This document shows positions 1-12,848 of a stretch of DNA of 64,000 nucleotides, in pieces (the first letter of the stretch is position 1; each line of letters begins with the position of its first letter). The stretch spans positions 4,340,001-4,404,000 of the forward strand of contig NC_092400.1 of assembly GCF_030028105.1 (NCBI RefSeq). Direction: 5' to 3'. Under the pieces are notes generated by a model that was given only the letters and a program-made list of their open reading frames with translations, was not told the origin of the DNA and did not search any database. A program made the position numbers and the translations under genes. The stretch is from Mobula birostris. Lineage: Eukaryota.

Positions 1-280
1 ATCTGGACCAACCAGAAAAATGGGCTGAAAAATGGCAGATGGAATTTAATGCAGACAAGTGCAAGGTGTAGCACTTTTGGAGGACAAATCAAGGTAGGAG
101 TTACACAGTGAATGGTTGGGCACTGCGGAGTGTGGGAGAACAGAAGGATCTGGGAATACTGATCCAATAATTATTTGAATAACACAGGTAGATAGGATCA
201 TAAAGAGAGCTTTTAGTACATTGGCCTTCATAAATCAAAATACTGAGTACAGGAGTTATGTTGAAATTGTATAAGGCACT

Positions 281-537
281 CTTATTCTTCGAATCCCATC
301 TCCCCTTTACTGAGGTCTACAACAGGAGCTCCCCAGAGTCCTCTGAAGATTAATTGGCCCACTGGCTTCCGCTTTCACCATCTGACTTCATACATCTTCT
401 AGGCGAAGATCCTTCCTCTCTTGGGGATGAGGTCTTTGGTGTTTCTGTAGCTCTGGGTTTTTAAGGGATGGGGTTGCTAGCCCCATTCCCACCTTCCTCC
501 TTTCAGAGCTGGGCTTGGGACCGACTATGGCGGAGTT
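281..537 (-). mobile_element. Short non-autonomous RTE-type retroposon with 5' twister-ribozyme remnant, inserted into a CR1 fragment
   Basis: Flanked by direct repeat TTGTATAAGGCACT (267-280 and 536-549; TT shared with the element end). Minus-strand 5' end AACTCCGCCATAGTCGGTCCCAAGCCCAG...AAAGGAGGAAGG resembles the twister consensus; 3' end GAAGAATAAG. Host sequence (1-280, 538-590) is a CR1 RT 3' region. Confidence 0.7.
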
Positions 538-2384
538 GTATAAGGCACTGGGGAGACCTAATTAGGAGTATCATGTGCACAATATGGTAACCAATTCGAT
601 TAGTATCTCCCCGCCATCACGATCACCAGTGACTCTCAGTGTAATTTATGCACCTTGCGATTTATGCACATTGAAATCTTTGCCACCAAGAGAATGAGCT
701 TGCTTCTCATTCCCTTGTGCGGATTTTTTAAAGAACAAGTTATTCAATTGCGGTGTTCCTGATCATGAAAAGAAATTATTTCCTCTGATGTGGAATGAGT
801 AGGTATTGTTAAAAATCACGAGGGAACGGAGAAAAAATTGTGTCGTGGAAAGAGGGGAAGAAATTTGGATTGTTCTCCCTCAAAGGGTCAGTGGTAATCC
901 TGGATCACTGGAGCAAAAACTAAATACTGCAGGTGCAGGAAATCTGAAATAAAAACAGAAAGCATACAGCAGGTCAGGCAGCACCTACTGAGAGACAAAC
1001 AGAATAATGTTCCGAGTTAATGATCTTTCATCAGAGCCAGTAGATGTTAAAAGTAAAAATTAGCTTTAAGTTGCAGTAAAAGCAGGGTAGGCAGAGAGAT
1101 TAGATTTGGAGGTCTGTGGCAGGGTGGAGGCTGGAGGAATGATTCAAGGGGTGGTTGACAGAGGGTGGTAGAAACCCGTCAGGAGGAGATCAGAGGGAAA
1201 CAACCCTTTGCTTGAACTGTGGGATACAGTGGCAGAATGGCTGGTCTGATGTTGAATTTGTTAAGTCAGAGGGTGAGGGAAGAATATAAAACTGGTATAA
1301 TATTGGTTTATTATTGTCACACACACCGAGACACAGTGAAAAACTTGTTCATACAGATCAAATCATTGATGTACCTAGTCTCTCCAACTCCTCTTTACTG
1401 CTGCCCCCTTCCTATATACACCACCTCAGCATTCCCAACCCTGTACACCTACCCCTCTTCGGAGGCCACTCAAACAATATCGGTTTGGAGCCACCTGGGG
1501 GATGGAAGCCAATTACGATGTGCACACCTTCCCTCCCATCTCCCTTTGACTCAGCATAAACCAGGGCTGCAGCAGGGAGACCTCTGTGCTCCTAGATAAT
1601 AAGCTGCCCCTTGGGCAGTCCGTTTAGCTACAGAGCGAATCCCTTGTCTATGCAAACAGGGATCCCTGCTGCTCGCAACCTGTTCTGTCCCAGGTGACAC
1701 GACCCAGATGAGAAACATTTCCACAGCAAACTCACACTCTGGTCCCTCTGTAAAACCAGTAGTATCTGTCCCACTGTAACTGACAGGAAGACAACACTGG
1801 AGAGCCGAAGATAACATATTTTGCAATGAAATAGAATTCAAGTCATCACAGAATAATTGATGAGTACTGTGTGATGAGAGGGACCTCCTTCCCCTGCTCT
1901 TCAGGCTAATCTTAAGTCCTGAGTTGTGAGGATATCAGTCTACATAGTTCCCCTTAGCCAGCCGACCTCTCCCTACCGGATGGTGGTGGAGAGAGATCAG
2001 AGGAGATTCACTAGGATCTTGCCTGGGATGGAGCAGTTCAGTTATGTAGAGAGACTGAAAAAGACAGGTTTGTTCCCTGGAGCAGAGCAGGTTATGAGGG
2101 AACATCATATAGTGAGGTATTCTGAGGGATATAGAGGGGGTTGACTTCAGGAAGCCTATCTCAAAATCAGAAGTAAGTAAAACTAAAAGACATAATTTTA
2201 AGATAAAGAGGTAATGATTTAGAGGGAAATTCAAATGTTCAAATAAATGTATTATCAAAGTACGGATATGTAACTAAGGAAGAAGGAAGAAGATAGAAGA
2301 TAGAAAGATAGATAATACTAAGGACATGTGTTGTAAAATGAATCCATAGATCATAGAATCAGTTCAGTGTTGGCCAGAGGAAAG

Positions 2385-2810
2385 TTATTCACTGTGGGTC
2401 AGAAGCCTGATGGTTAAAGGGTAATAACACTTCCTAAACCTGCTGGTATTGGGACCCAAGGTTCCTGTACCCCCTTCCTGATGGTGGTAGCAAGAAGAGA
2501 GCATGGCCTGGAGGGTGGGGGTCCTTGATAATGGATGCCACTTTCTTGTGGCAGTGCTCTTTGTAGGTGTGCTCAAAGAGGGGAGGCCCTCTGATGGACC
2601 GGGCTGTGACCACCACTTTTTGCAGACTTTTTCATTCATGAGCACTGGTGTGACACCAGGTGACGATGCAACAGTCAGAACACTCGACACCATGCATCTA
2701 CAGAAGTTTATCAAAGTTTTAGGTGGCCTGCCTAATCTGTGCAAACATCTAAGACTATAGAGGCTTTGTCACGTCTTCTTTGTGAGGCACTTATGTCCTG
2801 GCCCCAGGAC
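2385..2810 (-). mobile_element. Rex-Babar LINE 3' fragment (degenerate)
   Basis: Minus translations KTLINFCRC..SSVLT and SIIKDPHPPGHALFLLPPSGRGYR match the Rex1/Babar C-terminal region. Confidence 0.7.
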
Positions 2811-3997
2811 AGATCATCTGATATGATCTAAAATGAGGTGGGCCTTGAAGAAGAGACTGGCAAGTAACAGGGATGCCTGAGAAAGTGAATGAAGCAAAGT
2901 TGCTGACGATATTTATCACATGCTTAGATGGACATTGGAATTGGTTAGGCATAGAGAGAGCCTCGGACCAAGTGCCGGGCAATGGAATTAGCACAGAAGG
3001 GTGCATGAAAGAGCTGGGCTGTATGACCCCCTCCATGGACTCTGTCTACACTTCTCCCTGCCTCGGCAGAGCAGCCAGCATATCAAAGATTCCACCCACC
3101 TTGGACATTTTCTCTTCTCCCCTCTTCCATTGGGCAGAAGAAGCAAAAGCCTGAAAGCATGTAGCACCAGGCTTGAGGGCAGCTTCTACCCCACTGCTAT
3201 TACACTCCGTTACACTGCTATTACACTCTTGAATATGCTTCTTGTACAAGAAGATAGACTCCTGACCTCACAATCTACCTTGTTATGATATTGCATTTCC
3301 TTGTTTACCTGCACTGCACTTTCTCTGTAGCTGTTACACTTTATTCTGCATTGTTATTGCTTTACTTTGTTCTACCTCAATGCTCTGTGAAATGATTTGA
3401 TCTGTACGAACAGTAATCGAGATAAGCTTTCGACTGTATCTTGAAGGTACATAATAATAACCAATTCCAATTCCAAATCGTGGTGTACAATTCTATGATC
3501 AGATGTTTGGAGTAAAACACAGGCAGATATTGAAAGCTAAATTTATTATCAAAGTATTTATACGGCACCATATACCACCTTGAGATTCATTTTCCTGCAG
3601 GCATTTACAGGAAAATAAGTAAATACAATAGAAATTATATAAAAATACATAAAGACCGACAAACAATGTGCAAAAAGAAGACAAATTGTGCAATTTTTTA
3701 AAATACTGTGAACATGAGTTGCAGAGACTTTCAAAGGGAGTCAGTAGGTTGTGGAATCAGTTCAGAATTGTGGCGAGTGAAGTTACTCATGCCTGTTCAG
3801 GAATCTAATGGTTGTCGGGTAATAACAGCTCCTGAACCTAGGCCTCTTCGAATTGTGGAATGGGGCGATTCTGATGGTCCATTTGCAGTGGGATATGCTT
3901 TTTATAGAGGCCACAGGAGATGAGCCAAACTTCTACAGGGGCTGACAGAATCCCTTTGATCCCGGGTCCAACTCTGCCAGTGTTTTGTGGTGTGTCC

Positions 3998-4017
3998 AAC
4001 AGCGCCACCTACTGTGG
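3998..4017. promoter_or_regulatory. Candidate CTCF site
   Basis: CAGCGCCACCTACTG closely fits the CTCF core (CAGCGCCMCCTAGTGG); motif match only. Confidence 0.4.
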
Positions 4018-4400
4018 AAACACCATCCAGGCACTTCTCGTTCCACTTTCTCTCCAAGCCCAGGCTCTCGGCCAAGGTCGTCACATCAAGTGAAGAGGAA
4101 AATGATTATTAATAATACCTCTTGGGAATATTCGCTTTGGTTTTGGGAGTTTAAAAGAAAATACAAGTAGAGGCCGAGTTTGTATCCCCTCAGATTGGAA
4201 GCTATTCCAAACAGCTGCCGATCAGTAGTTACTTTTAGGCAAGCCAAGACTAACATCGTCTCCCCACAGATTTTAACTAAATTGCAATAAAACTTTAACA
4301 GCTGCTAAGAGCCCTGTCAGGCTCTGGAAGTTACCAAGTTACTAGCACTATTTAAAAACTGGAAGCAAAAAGGATGGTGTCATTAAAAGGTGACATTGAT

Positions 4401-4924
4401 CAGAAATCCCACCTCTCCCGGAAATTCCGGGAGTCTCCCGCATGCCCGCAAATTATATACAACGTCACGGAAATCAATTTTTTTGAGAGCGAGCGAGAGA
4501 GCGCGAGAGCGACCACGAGAGAGAGCGAGAGCAAGCAAGCGAGAGAGAGGGAGAGAGAGAGAGAGAGAGAGAGCGCACGCCATGGCAGAGTGTTCCAAAA
4601 AAAGAAAATATGAAACGTACGTCACCCCAGACTACTCTAAAGTGTACCCCTGCCCAATAGGGGTCAAAATAATGACAGTGTTGCTCGCTGCACTGTTTGC
4701 AACAGTGACTCTTCTATTGCCCATGGGGGGTTAAGACTGTAAAAGACAGGTTGAGGTGAGTTTGACAGGTGTCATTCGTTCATTAGCATAGCTAACGTTA
4801 TTTAAACTTGCTGGCTAGCTGCTAAGGAGCTACTCTATTGCAGACATCCCACCTCTCCCGGAAATCTCCCACAAATTGATGGTGCTACCTCCCTGAAATG
4901 AGTTTTTGCAGGGCGGGATGTCTG
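4401..4924. mobile_element. Non-autonomous TIR DNA transposon (hAT-like MITE) with internal (GA)n
   Basis: Termini CAGAAATCCCACC ... GGCGGGATGTCTG are imperfect inverted repeats. CATTGAT is duplicated at 4394-4400 and 4925-4931. Internal copy of the left end at 4841; GA-rich microsatellite at ~4486-4572. Confidence 0.6.
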
Positions 4925-7899
4925 CATTGATACTTCCAGATTCCTGTAAAATTTCACCTGGTTTATTATTGCTTAGACAGACGAACCAGTCAGTCTGCTC
5001 AAAATGTGACTCCATGTCCCGCACCAAAATTGATTACGTCCAATTGCCCTCTGGTAAACCCTGGCCCACCAGCAGGTGCTGAAGAAACAGTGATTTCTGG
5101 AGTAAGGGTAGAGGGGAGATAGTCAGTCCCCATTTCATGTAACCTGACCCCCACCACCCCCAGCCCATTATCTGTCCCTCTTCTCACTCCTCCTCATTGA
5201 CACAGTTTCTTCTACACACCCCGTAACCCCCACAACCTCAAATCACCCAGTTTCCCTCCGCTCCACCTACCCTCCCCATCTCCCTTATTTGGTTCTATGC
5301 TCCACCTTCCTTTCCTACCAGACTCTACCCTCTGCAGTCCCTAGTTGTCTCCACCTACCAGTCAGCTCCCAGCCTGTCATTATTTCTGCTCCCCCCTCAC
5401 CCGGATCCACCTATCGTTTGCCATCTTTCGTTATCTCTAATTTATTTAGAGACGTAGCACAGTAACAACCCTTTAACCCTTTCCGGTCCAACACGCCCAT
5501 GCTGTCCAATTACACACGTGAGTAATTAACCCACTGACTGTACATCTTTGGACTGTGGGAGGAAACCCACACGGTCACTCCTAACGAACTGCAGCGGAAT
5601 TGAATCCAGGTCACTGACACTTGTATTAGCATTACACTAACCACTACCCTACCAGGCCACTTGAACCTTCCGTGCCCCACACGGTCCCCTCACCTCTTTC
5701 AAGTCTCTGTCTCCCCTCTGTTCTTTGAAGGACCTTGACTGGAATCGTTGGGTGTCTGTTTAGCTCTACAGACCCCGCCTGACCCGCTGAGTTCCTCCAG
5801 CAGTCCGTGGGATGCTCCGGGTCCCAGCATCTGCTGCCTCTTGTGCCTGGACCATACAAGAGGTTTTCCACATAAACACTGGCTCCAGGAGAAACACTCC
5901 ATCTCACATCGGAACCATCAGCCTTCCTGGACGTTCCCTGCAACTCTGAGGGAATCTGTGTGCGAACCAAGACCAGACCACAGCACCCCAAAATCCCCAT
6001 TTCCTTTAAGCTCTACTGCCACCTGTCACTAAATGGCAGCTACCAGTGTGGCAATTCTTTCTGAACACCACGAGCTCTGAAATTGGTAAAACTGAAGTTA
6101 TGTTTAGTGTTGAACAAATCTAGAAGTCAACTTGTGTTGCTGAGCATTACTAATCTGATGCGATGTGCCTGTGACGCTGCTGTAAATAAGCTTTCCGTGC
6201 ATGTACTTTTGCATACCACAATAAACTTGACTTGTATTCCTCACTTTTTGTTACTTTCAGTAAAGCTTTCATCACTATTTTTTGAAAACAGTCTTGTCTT
6301 TAAAACAACTTCAGATTCACTGGGAGCTAGAATTCCGCAAGTGCCTACACTGTAACTTTAAATCTTCATTCACTTCTGGATTTCAAAATCTTCCTTCCTC
6401 TTACCACATTTTTGTACATCGTTGTGACCATAATTCAATTAGTTTTATACTAGTGATGGAAAAGGGTGGGGCAGGTCTACAAGTTAGGGTCCAGAACTAG
6501 TTTGGGAGGAATTGGGGAGGATCTAGCAGAGATTGATTGGTGACGCCTGTTTGAAGGAAAAGTAATGAATGGCAAGCGGCAGGCTTTTAAGAGTGAGGTA
6601 GCAAGTGGCCAGAACCAGCAGGAAAAGAGTAAACATAGCAAATTTAGGGAACCTTGGCTGACAAGAGATATTGAGGTTCTGGTCAAGAAACAGAAGAAAG
6701 TATGTATTAGGATAAGGAGGTTGAGATCGCGTGAATCCCTTGATGATTATAAAAAGATTTAGAATATTCTTAATAGGCAAATCAGGAGGACAGAGAGGAT
6801 ATGAGATTGATATGACAGGCAAGGTTACAGAAAATCGCAATAGATTCTTTAGCTGCTTTAAGAGTAAAAGGAGATAGAGATAGAGGCAGAGACCGAGACC
6901 AAGTTCACTTAGAGGTCAACAGGAGCTGCAGGGGATGGGTAGGACCTAAATATTTCTCTTTGGTTTTTACTGAGGAGAAAATCATGATGCTTGAGAGATG
7001 AGGGAAACGTGGAGATGTTTTGGAGGATGTCTGTGTAACTCTCTCACCAGGGCTTGTATACAAACTCAGCTCGTTAGCTAACAGCCATGTGATTCAGCAG
7101 TGAGGAGGTCACATCCAATGAATGATATACATCTAGAGTCGGTATGATTTGGGGTTCAACCAAATAGGAACATCATGACGTTCTGATTAAAGAAACCTTG
7201 ATTTGAGCAAATGCTGTGTAAATTCTGCCCATACACAGTTATCAGTCGGCAAGAAATGACAGCTCGTACACTACATAAAATTATAAAGAAAGTATATTTA
7301 CTGAATTTTCAACTTTAACAAACAGTTACAGAAAAGGAAAAGAAAAAGAAAAGGGCCCATTACAGTTAAACCAGTCCAATGTGCACGTAATGTTGGATCT
7401 CATACTGGAGTATTTGGGGGTGTATCCTTTACTCACACGCTGACTCACGGTCTGCGCGAAAACACCTGCCACATTCTGAAATTCCCTCAAAGTCCATTTC
7501 GAACAAACTGACCCTTCCTCCTTGGAGCCATTCATCCGCACACAGCACTTCTTGCAACAGAGACTCCCCTTCCAACGGCATTCTGTGGCGTCTTCTCCTG
7601 TGCCCCCCTCCACTGCTCCCACCAAAGGACCCCAAGCCAGACTACCGTCCTTCAGAAATCTCTTCCTCACAGCTCTCCGGAACTGCTTACAGTGCCAGCA
7701 GCCCAGGTTCAATTCCTGCCACCGTCTGTAAGGAGCTTTAACGTTCTCCCTCTCACTGCAGGGGTTTCCTCTGGCTTCTCCGGTTTTCTCCCGTATTCCT
7801 AAGGCCTGCAGGTTAGTAGGTTAATTGGTCCTATGGGTGTGATTGGGCGGTAGGGCTCAGTAAGCCGAGAGGGTCTCAGCCCGCTGACGCACGACTGTG

Positions 7900-8810
7900 T
7901 CGCAGGACTCACCTCCAACCGTGTCGTCAGGCTTGAGGGTGACACAACAGTGGTTGGCCTCATCAACAACAATGATGAGTCGGAGTACAGAGAGGAAGTG
8001 GAATGGCTGGTGTGAGAACAACAACCTTAGTCTGAACTCGGAGAAGACCAAGGAAATGATTGTGGACTTTAGGAAGGTGCTGATGAACCATCCTCTCTGC
8101 ACATACTTGGCTCCTCCGTAGAGAGAGTTAAGTGCACCAAGTTTCTGGGAGTTCACATCACAGATGACCTCACCTGGTCCCTTAATATCACCTCCCTGAA
8201 TACGGAGGCACAGCAGCACCTCCACTTCTCGAGGGGATTGAGGCAAATGAGTCTCCCCTCCATCTCCACTGAACGTTGCAGGAGCACCACTGAGACTGTC
8301 CTGACCAGCTGCATCTCCATCTGATATGGGAGCAGCCGAGCATCGGACCAGAAATCCCTACAAAGGGCAGCGAAAATGGCTGAGAGGATCATAGGAGTCT
8401 CCCTACCATACATCGGGGACATTTATCAGGAGCGCTGCATACACAGGGCCCTTAGTATGACCAACAATTTCACCCACCCATCCAGCATCCTCTTTGACTT
8501 TCTACCATCAGGCGGGAGACTGCAATGCATGAAAATAAGAATGGTCAGGATGGGAAACAGTTTCTTCCCTCAGGCCATTAGGCTTCTGAACTCTCTGCTG
8601 CATCACAACCGAAGTGTCACTGGTTAGCTTGCTCTGCACCTTGCAATATTTAAAGTGCAAAGTGCACTTTACTTTGTTTATTTATGCCTAATTCATTTGT
8701 AGATTTTATTCTTACTTTCCTAAGTTGTGTGTTATATGTACTATAGTGCTTTACACCCTGGTCTGGAGAAACGTTGTTTCGTTTGACGGTATACATGTAT
8801 GTAGTTAGAT
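7900..8810 (+). mobile_element. Rex-Babar LINE 3' fragment
   Basis: GWCENNNLSLNSEKTKEMIVDFRK and LPSGGRLQCMKIRMVRMGNSFFPQAIRLLN motifs, with frameshifts. Confidence 0.8.
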
Positions 8811-11800
8811 TAGAGTAGATTCAACTTTATTGTCATTGTGCCGAGTATAGATACAAAGCCAAAGAAATGCAGTTAGCATCAGACCAGAAATGCACAGAAT
8901 AGTGTTATTTACAAAATAGCTGTCAATAAAAAGTAAGTGCTACAGCACACAAATATAAAAGTACTGAGACAGTACAATATGGGTGCAATACTGCTTGGCG
9001 CTGTGATGTGAGGTTCAGCAGGGTCACAGCCTCAGGGAAGAAGCTCCTCCTGTGCCTGCTGGTGCGGGAGCGGAGGCTCCTGTAGCGCCTACCGGATGGG
9101 AGGAGAGTAAATGACAATAAACTTGGTACAGGAGCCTCAGGACTCACACCACCAGATTTACGAACAGTTATTACCCCTCACTTATTAGGCTCTTAAACCA
9201 AAGGAGATTACTGAACTCAACTTCACATGCCCCACCACTGAAATGTTCCCACAACCAATGGACTCACTTTCAAGGACTCTTCACCTCACGTTTTTGATAT
9301 TTATTGCTTATTTATTATTATAATTTCTTTATTTTCATATTTGCACAGTTCGTTGTCTTTTGCACACTGGTTGAAGGTCCAAGTCGGTGCGGTCTTTCAT
9401 TGATTCTATTAAGGTTTTTATTCTATTGTGGATTTATTGAGTATGACCACAAGACAACGAATCTCTGGGTTGTATGTGGTGACATACATGTACTTTGAAC
9501 TAGATAGCAAATTGACAGAGAGAAAATGGAGTGGTGGAAAAGTGACTGGATGCTGGTGGAGACCTCCCCTGATGCTCAGGGCTGGGAGCACTGATTTTCT
9601 TCTTAATATCCATATCAATGGCTTTGAAATGAAGCTTGAAAGTGTGGTAAACACTGAAGATTGCAAGGAACAAGCAGATGAAATGTAATGCAGAGAACAT
9701 GAAGAACTGGAGAAAGGATATGGAGAGATAACGTGGATTAAATGCCAGGTGAGCGCAAGAGCAGAGAGACCTGGGTTTTCCGGAGATGGAGCAGGAGAGA
9801 AAGAGAGGGATGGAGGGATATGTCAAGAGGTGATCTGATAAGTATATACATGGCAATTTTAAAGAGAGTTAACAGAGGGAAGCATTTTCCTGGTAGCAGA
9901 CAAACCAATAACTAGTCATACAGGTTTTGGACACAAGATAGAGGTGACAGAGGGGTATGTGAGGCAAAATATATATAAATTTTTTAAAAATGCAAGAGAG
10001 TCTACAGATGCTGGAAATCCAGACCAACACACACAAAATGCTTGAGGAACTCAGCAGGTCAGACAGCATCCAGGGAGAGGAATAAACAGTGGACATTGGA
10101 GCCAAAACTCTTCACTGAGACTGGAAAGGAGGGGAAGAAATCAGAATAAAAAGGTGGGGGGGAATGTAAGAAGTACAAGCTGCTAGGTGATAGGTGAAAC
10201 CAGGTGAGGAGGAAGGTGGGTGGCTGGAGGAGGGGGAATGAAGTGAGAATATGGGAGCTGATAACTGGAGGATGTAAAGTGCTGAAGAAGGAATCTGACA
10301 AGAGGAGAGAGGCCCATGAGAGAAACATCTTTTTTAAACTGTTATAATCTGAAGCTTACTTCCTGTAAGTGTGCTGGAAACAAAATTAATAGGGGCTTTG
10401 AAGAGGGAATAAGTAGTTAATGGATGGAGTGGGAAGCTAGGATTTAAAAGATTCTATTATTTTAACTTTAACTTGCACTGCCAGCAGCAGTGGTGGAAGC
10501 AGGTACAATTGGGTCTTTTAAGAGCCTCTTAGATAGATCGATGGAGCTTAGAAAAATAGAGGGCCATGCACTAGGGAAATTCTAGGCAGCTTCTAGAGTA
10601 GGTTCCATGGTCAGTACAACATTGTGGGCCAAAGGGCCTGTAATGTGCTGTAAAATTTGTATGTTCTATGTTTAATTGTCAAATGTATATTGAAACATAC
10701 AGTGAAATGTACCTTTTGCATCTACAACCAACACAGTCCAAGGATTGTGGTGGGGGCACACACAAGTGTCACCACACTTCCAGCACCAACATAGCATGCC
10801 CATAACTTACTAACCCTAACCCATATATCTTTGAAATGTGGGAGAAAACTAGAACTATAAACTCCTTACAGTCAGCAGTGGGAATTGAACCCTGATCATC
10901 GGCACTGCAGAGTGCTGCATTAACCGCTATGTCACTGTGCTTTCAGGAAACCTGTATTGACTCAATGGGCTGAATGGTCTCATTCTCCAATTTGATGACA
11001 CATGAAAATCCAACCTTCTAGGCCTCCTGTGAAGCAGAACGTGCTGGGAATCTGCAGAACTGGACGACAGATCTAAACCCGAGAAAAGACAACCTGTGGA
11101 CCAAAGTCAATAGCATCCACAAAGCGAACCCTGACACCTCAGAAATGTGTAATGACATTGAAGAAAGACTGATAGACTGTAGGCAATAGGCTAAGGATCT
11201 CTGAACCGAATCGTTAACTGTTCCTCTCTTCACAGATGCTGCCTGACCTGCTGAGTGTTTCCAGTTCTGTTTGATTTTATAATGGAGATTATTACAGTGT
11301 CCTCATTTCAAACCAATATTGTCTCACGTTTACCTTTCCCAATACAATGGCAGTTCTGCTAATGTTACAACATCCACCTTTCAATACAGTAAATTCCGAG
11401 TGACTTCACAAAGGGAATTTTGGATTGTTCAAAGAGGAAATGCTTGAGAGCATTTATAGAAACATTAGCTTCCTGTTCTTTTGTTGCAATTTTCTAATAT
11501 CAACACTGATGAATTGGACTGCAGTTTAAAAGTATTTCATGGTGGGAAAGACCTCGAGGTGTCCTGTAGAACTACACAAGATTTCCCTTTTTGGTCTCAG
11601 GTACTCCTTGGGAATTTACTTGGAAGCGACATTGCCCAACAACAGGGATTCTGCATGAAGGGCCAAGCAGAGTGAAAGAGAAGGTAACCAACTTTCTCAT
11701 CCCTTCATGCTTATTAGAGGGCGAGCAGAGAAAACAATATGACCACATCCCTTCTTGATTAAAGATGGTCTTGTATCATAGTCCTGAGCAAGATGTCCAG

Positions 11801-12848
11801 AAGAAGACTGGGATCACCATCTAACAGGATTTCTTCTTTTTCAGTATCAAGTTATAACTACTTTCGAGCACAAGGTAAAGTCTAGCTCCCACCCTGAGCA
11901 AAAGGGATGATGCTAATGATTGGTGCAAAGTTATTGGCTCCCAACCAGTCAGAAGTTCGGAGTAGATCCAGTGATATAGTATAAGACTGAGATCAGAAGT
12001 GTTTTATACCTCCATACTTGCAGTGCATATGGTGAACAGTGTGAGAAATGGGGGGGGGGCGGGGTTGGGGGATGTTGGGACGTAAGCTGCTTGTAGGAAC
12101 TGGGTGAAGGGAGTAGTCTGGCGGGTTGTGGGCTGAACCATTCTCAAGCAGAGTCTGCGGTCCGTTCTGTGGAAGTGCATGACCTCATTAAATGTATCAT
12201 TTCAAGAACATGCAATGGATCAGACTGGATGCAAAAAGACAAGGAAATGGGAGCTGGAGTAAGCTTACATGTCCCTGCTATTTGATGTGATCATGGCTAA
12301 TTTGCCCTAAGCCTCAACACCTCTTCTGTGCCAGTTCCTCACAGTCCCCAAACCCCTGATCTTTCAAAAACTGTCGACTTCTCCTTTAAATCCTCCTGTG
12401 TGCAAGCCTTCTTAACCTCATGAAATAGAGAACTCCAGAAGGAAGAAGAAATCACAAAACACCCCGATTATAAACAGCTAACCCTTTATCATGCCCCACA
12501 TTTACATCGATCCCAAGCCTTCCCAGGACCTTAAATGGTTCAATAAGCTCCCCCCCTCATTCCTCTAAACTCCAAAGGTTACTGATCAAAAACACAAGGG
12601 ACTCTGCAGATGCTGGAAATCTTGTGTGTGTGGATACTGTTTCTGGTGCATGCGTTAGGACAATCCTCTTGTGCTAGGAATTTGCATAATGAATCTCTTT
12701 TGGATTGTGTCTAGTGCGAGTATTTCCTTCCTTAAATAGGGGCACGAAGGTGTCCAGGTGTGCAATCACCATCATTTCATAGAATTGTAACCATATTTTC
12801 CTTTTGCTAAATTCAGACTCCCTTCACAATGAGGCCAATATTGCCACC

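Larger units (their letters stand above)
3908..11984 (+). other. Candidate unrecognised multi-exon coding gene (exons 3908-4076, 4977-5101, 11022-11178, 11601-11683, 11845-11874, 11949-11984)
   Basis: AG/GT-bounded non-repeat islands with compatible phases give one stop-free 199-codon frame; ATTAAA at 12187-12192. Some donors are weak, sites were chosen by eye, and no homologue was recognised. Confidence 0.35.

Noticed and set aside
4374-4734. Arg/Glu-rich ORFs
   Set aside because: Translations of the (GA)n tract inside a MITE.
5889-6063. Extra exon of the + strand candidate gene
   Set aside because: Weak acceptor, all three frames reach stops, and no convincing donor; at most an alternative terminal exon.
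7034-7691. Solo LTR (TGTAAC...TTACA)
   Set aside because: The apparent 3' TTACA belongs to the adjacent SINE and no TSD was found.
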